A stretch of 64,000 nucleotides of DNA, taken from assembly GCF_009914755.1 (NCBI RefSeq), contig NC_060933.1; one strand, given 5' to 3'. The position numbers were made by a program, and so were the translations under genes. Shown here piece by piece: positions 56,301 through 64,000 of the stretch (positions are counted from its first letter, which is position 1; each line of letters opens with the position of its first letter). Source of the DNA: the human T2T-CHM13v2.0 reference genome, Homo sapiens. Below the pieces are notes generated by a model. It had not been told where the DNA came from, did no database searches, and saw nothing but the letters and a program-made list of their open reading frames with translations.

Positions 56301-58060
56301 TCCATTCTGTTCCGTTCCATTCCATTCCATTCCATTCCATTCCATTCCGTTCCGTTCCATTCCATTCCATTCCATTCTATTCGGGTTAATTCCATTCCAT
56401 TCCATTCGATTGCCATCGAGTTGATTCCATTCCATTCCATTCCCTTCCATTCCATTCCATTCCATTCCATTCCTTTCCATTCCATTGCGGCTGACTCCAT
56501 TCCATTGCATTCCATTCCATTCCATTCCTCTGTACTCGGGTTGATTCCATTCCATTCCATTCCACTCCATTCGGTTCCATTGCATTCCATTCTATTGCAT
56601 TCCATTCTATTCGGGTTAATTCCATTCCATTCTATTCCATTCCATTCCATTCCATTCCATTCCATTGCAATGGAGTTGATTCCATTCCATTCCATTCCAT
56701 TCCGGATGATTCCATTCCATTGCATTCCATTCCATTCCATTCCCCTGCACTCGTGTTGATTCCATTCCCTTCCATTCCATTCCATTCCGTTCCATTCCAT
56801 TCCATTCCATTCTATTCCGGTTAATTGCATTCCATTCCAATGCATTCCATTCCATTCCATTCCATTCCATTGCAATCGAGTTGATTCCATTCCATTCCTT
56901 TCCATTCCATTCCATTGCCTTGCATTCCACTCGGGTTGATTCCATTCCTTTCTTTCCACTCCATTACATTCCCTTCCATGATTGATTCCATTCCATTCCA
57001 TTCCATTTCATTCCATTGCAATCCATTCCAATCCATTCCATTCCATTCCTTTCCACTTGAGTTGACTTCATTCCATTCCTTTCCATTCTATTCCATTCCT
57101 TTCCACTCGAGTTGATTCCATTCCATTCCAATCCATTGCATTCCATTCCATGCCATTCCACTCGGGTTGATTCCATTCCTTTGCATTCCATTCCATTCCA
57201 TTCCATTCCATTCCATTCCATTCCATTCCATTCCGTTGCATTCCATTCCATTACATTCGAATTGATTCTATTCAACTCCCTTACTCTCCATTACATTCCA
57301 TTCCATTCGGGTTGTTCCATTCCATTCCATTCCATTCCACTCCATTCCATTGCACTCGGGTTTATTCCATTCCATTCCATTCCATTCCATTCCGGATGAT
57401 TCCATTCCATTGCATTCCGTTCCATTACATTCCCCTGCACTCGCGTTGATTCCATTCCATTCCATTCCAATCCATGTCATTCCACTCGTGTTGATTCCAT
57501 TCTTTCCATTCCATTCAAGTTGAATCCATTCCATTGCATTCCATTCCATTCGATTCCATTCGATTGCACTCGGGTTGATTCCATTCCATTGCATTCCATT
57601 CCATTTCATTCCATTCCATTCCATTCCACTCCATTCCATTGCACTCGGGTTGATTCCATTCCATTCCATTCCATTCCATTCCATTCCGGATGATTCCATT
57701 CCATTGCATTCCATTCCATTACATTCCCCTGCACTCGCGTTGATTCCATTCCATTCCATTCCATTCCATTCCATTCCATTCCATTCCATTCCATTCTGGA
57801 TGATTCCATTCCATCGCATTCCATTCCATTCCATTCCCCTGCACTCGGGTTGATTACATTCCATTTCCTTCCCTTCCATTCCTTTCCATTCCATTCCATT
57901 CCATTCTATTCGGGTGAATTCCATTCCATTCCATTCCATTCCATTCCATTCCATTCCATTGCAATCGAGTTGATTCCATTCCATTCCATTCCATTCCGTT
58001 CCGGATGATTCCATTCCATTCCATTCCATTCCATTCCCTTCCATTCCCCTGCAGTCGGGT
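53340..58060 (+). repeat. Older tandem duplication, ~2.45 kb period (copies ~53340-55790 and ~55790-58060)
   Basis: Paired rare variants: CCATTGCCTTTCATT (~53706/56182), CGATTGCCATCGAG (~53921/56407), GCAATGGAGTT (~54170/56667), GTTGACTTCATT (~54556/57061), CCATCGCATT (~55007/57811), GGGTGAATTCC (~55108/57912). Confidence 0.85.
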
Positions 58061-58172
58061 TCATTCCATTCCATTCCATTCCATTCCGGATGATTCCATT
58101 CCATTCCATTCCATTCCATTCCATTTCCTTCCATTCCATTCTATTCCGTATCATTCCATTCCATTCCATTCC

Positions 58173-61100
58173 ATTCCATTCCATTCCATTCCTTTCCATT
58201 CCATTACGGATGATTCCATTCCATTGCATTCCATTCCATTCCATTCCCCTGTACTCGGGTTGATTCCATTCCATTCCATTCCAATCCATGCCATTCCACT
58301 CGTGTTGATTCCATTCTTTCCATTCCATTCAAGTTGAATCCATTCCATTGCATTCCATTCCATTCCATTCCCCTGCAGTCGGGTTGATTCCATTCCATTC
58401 CATTCCATTCCATTCCATTCCATTCCATTCCATTCCATTCCATTTCGTTCCGTTCCATTTAATTCCATTCCATTCTATTCGGGTTAATTCCATTCCATTC
58501 CATTCCATTCCATTCCATTCCATTGCAATCAGTTGATTCCATTGCATTCCATTCCATTCCATTCCATTCCATTCCATTCCATTCCATTCCGTTCCGCTCC
58601 GTTCCATTCCATTCCATTCCATTTTATTCTATTCGGGTTAATTCCATTCCATTCCACTCGATTGCAATAGAGTTGATTCAATTCCATTCCATTCCATTCC
58701 ATTCCTTTCCATTACATTACGGATGATTCCATTCCATTTCATTCCATTCCATTCCATTCCCCTGTACTCGGGTTGATTCCATTCCATTCCATTTCAATCC
58801 AAGCCATTCCACTCGTGTTGATTCCATTCTTTCCATTCCATTCAAGTTGAATCCATTCCATTGCATTCCATTCCATTCGATTCCATTCGATTGCACTCGG
58901 GTTGATTCCATGGCATTGCATTCCATTCCATTCCATTCCATTCCATTCCATTTCTTTCCATTCCATTCCATTCGGATTCATTCTATTCAATTCCCTTACA
59001 CTCCATTACAATCCATTCGATTCGTGTAGTTTCCATTCCATTCCATTCCATTCCTCTCCATTCCATTGCACTCGGGTTGATTCCATTCCATTCCATTCAA
59101 TTCCATTCCATTCCATTCCATTCCATTCCATTCCATTCCGGATGACTCCATTCCATTGAATTCCATTCCATTCCATTCCCCTGCACTTGGGTTGATTCCA
59201 CTCCATTCCATTCCATTCCTTTCTGTTCCATTCAATTCCATTCCATTCCATTCTATTCGTGTTAATTCCATTCCATTCTATTCCATTCCATTCCATTGTA
59301 ATCGAGATGATTCCATTGTTTTGCATTCCATTCCTTTCCATTCCATTCCGGATGATTCCATTCCATTGCATTCCATTCCATTCCATTCCCCTGCACTCGG
59401 GTTGATTCCATTCCATTCCACTCCATTCCATTCCATTCCATTGTATTCGGGTTAATTCCATTCCATTCCTTTCCATTCCATTCCATTCCATTACAATCGA
59501 GTTGATTCCATTCCATTCCATTCCATTCCAGTCCTTTCCATTCCATTCCACTCGGGTTGATTCCATTCTATTTGTTTCCATTCCATTCCATTCTCTTCCA
59601 TTGTATTCGGGTTAATTCCATTCCATTCCATTCCATTCCATTCCATTCCATTCCATTACAAACGAGTTGATTCCATTCCATTCCATTCCATTCCAGTCCT
59701 TTCCATTCTATTCCACTCGGGTTGATTCCATTCTATTAGTTTCCATTCCATTCCATTCCCTACCATTCCACTCTGGTTGATTCCATTCCTTTCCATTCCA
59801 CTCGAATACATTCCCTCCTATTCCACTCGGAACGATTCCATTCCATTCCATTCCATTCCATTCCATTCCATTCCATTCCATTCCATTTCGTTCCATTCCA
59901 TTCTATTCCGTATCATTCCATTCCATTCCATTCCATTCCATTCCATTCCATTGTACTCGGGTTGATTCCATTCCATTGCATTCCATTCCATTCCATTACA
60001 TTCCATTCCGTTGCATTCCATTCCATTACATTCGGATTGATTCTATTCAACTCCCTTACTCTCCATTACATTCCATTCCATTCGGGTTGTTCCATTCCAT
60101 TCCATTCCATTCCACTCCATTCCATTGCACTCGTGTTGATTCCATTCCATTCCATTCCATTCCATTCCATTCCGGATGATTCCATTCCATTGCATTCCGT
60201 TCCATTACAGTCCCCTGCACTCGCGTTGATTCCATTCCATTCCATTCCATTCCATTCAATTCCATTCCATTACATTTCGTTCCATTCCATTCTATTCCGT
60301 ACCATTCCTTTCCATTCCATACCATTCCATTCCATTCCATTCCATTCCGTTCCATTCCGTTCCATTCCATTCCATTCCATTCTATTCGGATTAATTCCAT
60401 TCCATTCCATTCCATTCCATTCTATTCCATTCCATTGCAATCGAGTTGAATCCATTGCATTTCATTCCATTCCATTCCATTCCGGAAGTTTCCATTCCAT
60501 TGCATTCCATTCCATTCCATTCCCCTGCACTCGCGTTGATTCCATTCCATTCCATTCCATTCCATTCCGTTCCGTTCCATTCCATTCCATTCTATTCCGT
60601 TCCGTTCCATTCCATTCCATTCCATTCTATTCGGGTTAATTCCATTCCATTCCATTCGATTGCAATCGAGTTGATTCCATTCCATTCCATTCCATTCCAT
60701 TCCATTCCTTTCCATTCCATTCCATTCGGATTCATTCTATTCAATTCCCTTACACTCCATTACAATCCATTCGATTCGTGTAGTTTCCATTCCATTCCAT
60801 TCCATTCCTCTCCATTCCATTGCACTCGGGTTGATTCTATTCCATTCCATTCAATTCCATTCCATTCCATTCCATTCCATTCCATTCCGGATGACTCCAT
60901 TCCATTGAATTCCATTCCATTCCATTCCCCTGCACTTGGGTTGATTCCACTCCATTCCATTCCATTCCTTTCTGTTCCATTCAATTCCATTCCATTCCAT
61001 TCTATTCGTGTTAATTCCATTCCATTCTATTCCATTCCATTCCATTGTAATCGAGATGATTCCATTGTTTTGCATTCCATTCCTTTCCATTCCATTCCGG

Positions 61101-64000
61101 ATGATTCCATTCCATTGCATTCCATTCCATTCCATTCCCCTGCACTCGGGTTGATTCCATTCCATTCCACTCCCTTCCATTCCATTCCATTCCATTGTAT
61201 TCGGGTTAATTCCATTCCATTCCTTTCCATTCCATTCCATTCCATTACAATCGAGTTGATTCCATTCCATTCCATTCCATTCCAGTCCTTTCCATTCCAT
61301 TCCACTCGGGTTGATTCCATTCTATTTGTTTCCATTCCATTCCATTCTCTTCCATTGTATTCGGGTTAATTCCATTCCATTCCATTCCATTCCATTCCAT
61401 TCCATTCCATTCCATTACAAACGAGTTGATTCCATTCCATTCCATTCCATTCCAGTCCTTTCCATTCTATTCCACTCGGGTTGATTCCATTCTATTAGTT
61501 TCCATTCCATTCCATTCCCTACCATTCCACTCTGGTTGATTCCATTCCTTTCCATTCCACTCGAATACATTCCCTCCTATTCCACTCGGAACGATTCCAT
61601 TCCATTCCATTCCATTCCATTCCATTCCATTCCATTCCATTCCATTTCGTTCCATTCCATTGTATTCCGTATCATTCCATTCCATTCCATTCCATTCCAT
61701 TCCATTCCATTGTACTCGGGTTGATTCCATTCCATTGCATTCCATTCCATTCCATTACATTCCATTCCGTTGCATTCCATTCCATTACATTCGGATTGAT
61801 TCTATTCAACTCCCTTACTCTCCATTACATTCCATTCCATTCGGGTTGTTCCATTCCATTCCATTCCATTCCACTCCATTCCATTGCACTCGTGTTGATT
61901 CCATTCCATTCCATTCCATTCCATTCCATTCCGGATGATTCCATTCCATTGCATTCCGTTCCATTACATTCCCCTGCACTCGCGTTGATTCCATTCCATT
62001 CCATTCCATTCCATTCAATTCCATTCCATTACATTTCGTTCCATTCCATTCTATTCCGTACCATTCCTTTCCATTCCATACCATTCCATTCCATTCCATT
62101 CCGTTCCATTCCGTTCCATTCCATTCCATTCCATTCTATTCGGATTAATTCCATTCCATTCCATTCCATTCCATTCTATTCCATTCCATTGCAATCGAGT
62201 TGAATCCATTGCATTTCATTCCATTCCATTCCATTCCGGAAGTTTCCATTCCATTGCATTCCATTCCATTCCATTCCCCTGCACTCGCGTTGATTCCATT
62301 CCATTCCATTCCATTCCATTCCGTTCCGTTCCATTCCATTCCATTCTATTCCGTTCCGTTCCATTCCATTCCATTCCATTCTATTCGGGTTAATTCCATT
62401 CCATTCCATTCGATTGCAATCGAGTTGATTCCATTCCTTTCCATTCCATTCCATTCCATTCCATTCAATTCCATTCCTTTCCATTCCATTACGGATGATT
62501 CCATTCCATTGCATTCCATTCCATTCCATTCCCCTGTACTCGGGTTGATTCCATTCCATTCCATTCCAATCCATGCCATTCCACTCGTGTTGATTCCATT
62601 CTTTCCATTCCATTCATGTTGAATCCATTCCATTGCATTTCATTCCATTTGATTCCATTCGATTGCACTCGGGTTGATTCCATTCCATTCCATTCCATTC
62701 CATTCCATTCCATTCCATTCCGTTCCATTCCATTCCATTACATTCGGATTGATTCCATTCAATTCCCTTACACTCCATTACATTCCATTCCATTCGGGTA
62801 GTTTCCATTCCATTCCATTCCATTCCTCTCCATTCCATTGCACTCGGGTTGATTCCATTCCATTGCATTCCATTCCATTCCATTCAAATCCATTCCGTTC
62901 CATTCCATTCCATTACATTCGGATTGATTCTATTCAACTCCCTTACTCTCCATTACATTCCATTCCATTCGGGTTGTTCCATTCCATTCCATTCCATTCC
63001 ACTCCATTCCATTGCACTAGGGTTGATTCCATTCCATTCCATTCCATTCCATTCCGGAAGATTCCATTCCATTGCATTCCATTCCATTCCATTCCCCTGC
63101 ACTCGCGTTGATTCCATTCCATTCCATTCTATTCCATTCCATTCCCTTCCTTTCCGTTCCATTCCATTCCATTCCATTCCATTCCATTCCGTTCCGTTCC
63201 ATTCCATTCCATTCCATTCTATTCGGGTTAATTCCATTCCATTCCATTCGATTGCAATCGAGTTGATTCCATTCCATTCCATTCCATTCCATTCCATTCC
63301 ATTCCATTCCATTCCATTGCTTTCCATTCCATTACGGATGATTCCATTACATTGCATTCCATTCCATTCCATTCCCCTGTACTCGGGTTGATTCCTTTCC
63401 ATTCCATTCCAATCCATGCCATTCCACTCGTGTTGATTCCATTCTTTCCATTCCATTCAAGTTGAATCCATTCCATTGCATTCCATTCCATTCGGTTCCA
63501 TTCGATTGCACTCGGGTTGATTCCATTCCATTGCATTCCATTCCATTCCATTCCATTCCACTCCATTCCATTCCATTCCGTTCCATTCCATTCCATTACA
63601 TTCGGATTGATTCTATTCAATTCCCTTACACTCCATTACATTCCATTCCATTCGGGTAGTTTCCATTCCATTCCATTCCATTCCTCTCCATTCCATTGCA
63701 CTCGGGTTGATTCCATTCCATTGCATTCCATTCCATTCCATCCCATTCCATTCCGTTCCATTCCATGCCATTACACTCGGGTTGATTCCATTCCTTTCCA
63801 TTCCATTCTTGTTGAATCCATTCCATTCCATTCCATTCCATTCGAATCCATTCCATTGCACTCGGGTTGATTCCATTCCATTCCATTCCATTCCATTCCA
63901 TTTCATTCCATTCCATTACATTACATTCGGATTGATTCTATTCAATTCCCTTACACTCCATTGCATTCCATTCCATTCGGGATGTTTCCATTCCATTCCA
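58173..64000 (+). repeat. Right duplication, copy 2, containing an internal 1754-bp tandem duplication; runs off the window end
   Basis: Offset to copy 1 is ~11.69 kb up to ~60685 (47149/58847), then jumps to ~13.42-13.45 kb (48084/61536; 50204/63626). Confidence 0.9.
58930..62440 (+). repeat. 1754-bp tandem duplication (two copies, junction ~60685)
   Basis: GGATTCATTCTA at 58974 and 60728; TGCAATCGAG unit ends at 60661 and 62415; both offsets are 1754. Confidence 0.9.

Larger units (their letters stand above)
1..64000 (+). repeat. Human satellite III (HSat3) array, (CATTC)n orientation, probably an HSat3B-type subfamily
   Basis: Continuous CATTC pentamers from first to last base, interrupted by A(C/T)TCGGGTTG-type decamers (e.g. 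CACTCGGGTTGATTCC, AATCGAGTTG, ACTCGCGTTG, ATTCGGGTTA). On the - strand this reads (GGAAT)n-CAACCCGAGT, the established SatIII signature. CATTCGATTC, typical of HSat2, is rare. Subfamily and chromosome cannot be fixed without a k-mer search. Confidence 0.98.

Noticed and set aside
58930-62440. Equating the 1754-bp period with classical ~1.8 kb or 3.5 kb satellite units
   Set aside because: It occurs only twice as a local duplication; similar size alone does not show identity.
1-64000. Hundreds of ORFs up to 368 aa (MEWNG... on -, HSIPF... on +)
   Set aside because: (GGAAT)n and (ATTCC)n have no stop codon in any frame and give a 5-aa period. The ORFs overlap in all six frames and have no domain-like content. 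They are useful only as alignment markers.
1-64000. CRISPR-like spacing of ACTCGGGTTGATTCC motifs
   Set aside because: The intervening sequence is the same pentamer, not unique spacers. There is no leader or cas gene, and the motif is the known SatIII decamer.
1-64000. Inversions or embedded Alu/L1/unique islands
   Set aside because: I found no (GGAAT)n run on the + strand, no poly-A tail and no non-satellite stretch beyond ~40 bp of variant pentamers.
1-64000. Assigning the window to chromosome 9q12
   Set aside because: Plausible given the (GGAAT)n-CAACCCGAGT pattern, but related HSat3 occurs on several chromosomes. It needs k-mer classification or alignment to T2T-CHM13.
1-64000. G-quadruplex or other non-B structure as a specific finding
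   Set aside because: G-tracts of 3 or more are too sparse for canonical G4. (GGAAT)n hairpin propensity is a generic family property, not specific to this window.

Overview
All 64 kb is human/hominid classical satellite III (HSat3): (CATTC)n on the + strand, (GAATG)n on the - strand, broken every ~30-100 bp by the decamer A(C/T)TCGGGTTG and its variants. I see no genes, RNA genes, transposons, CRISPR arrays, unique sequence or strand inversion. Every ORF in the track (MEWNG.../HSIPF...) is a translation artefact of the 5-bp repeat, and I see no new gene-encoded system. What the window does show is nested repeat architecture: (1) a ~3.8 kb-offset duplication at the left; (2) a young, near-identical higher-order array at ~8.1-41.6 kb of nine units in two size classes (~4.22 kb L, ~2.75 kb S; order L L S S L S L L L), including a ~6.97 kb S+L super-duplication; (3) a related, more diverged layer at ~41.6-46.5 kb; (4) an ~11.7 kb-offset duplication at the right with nested ~2.45 kb and 1.754 kb duplications. 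The older flanks on both sides share variants the centre lacks. About 45 perfect three-pentamer heat-shock elements (aTTCc-gGAAg-nTTCc) sit at fixed HOR positions, some overlapping an ETS core (CCGGAAGT). All coordinates and counts were read by eye; breakpoints inside pure pentamer runs are uncertain by tens of bases.
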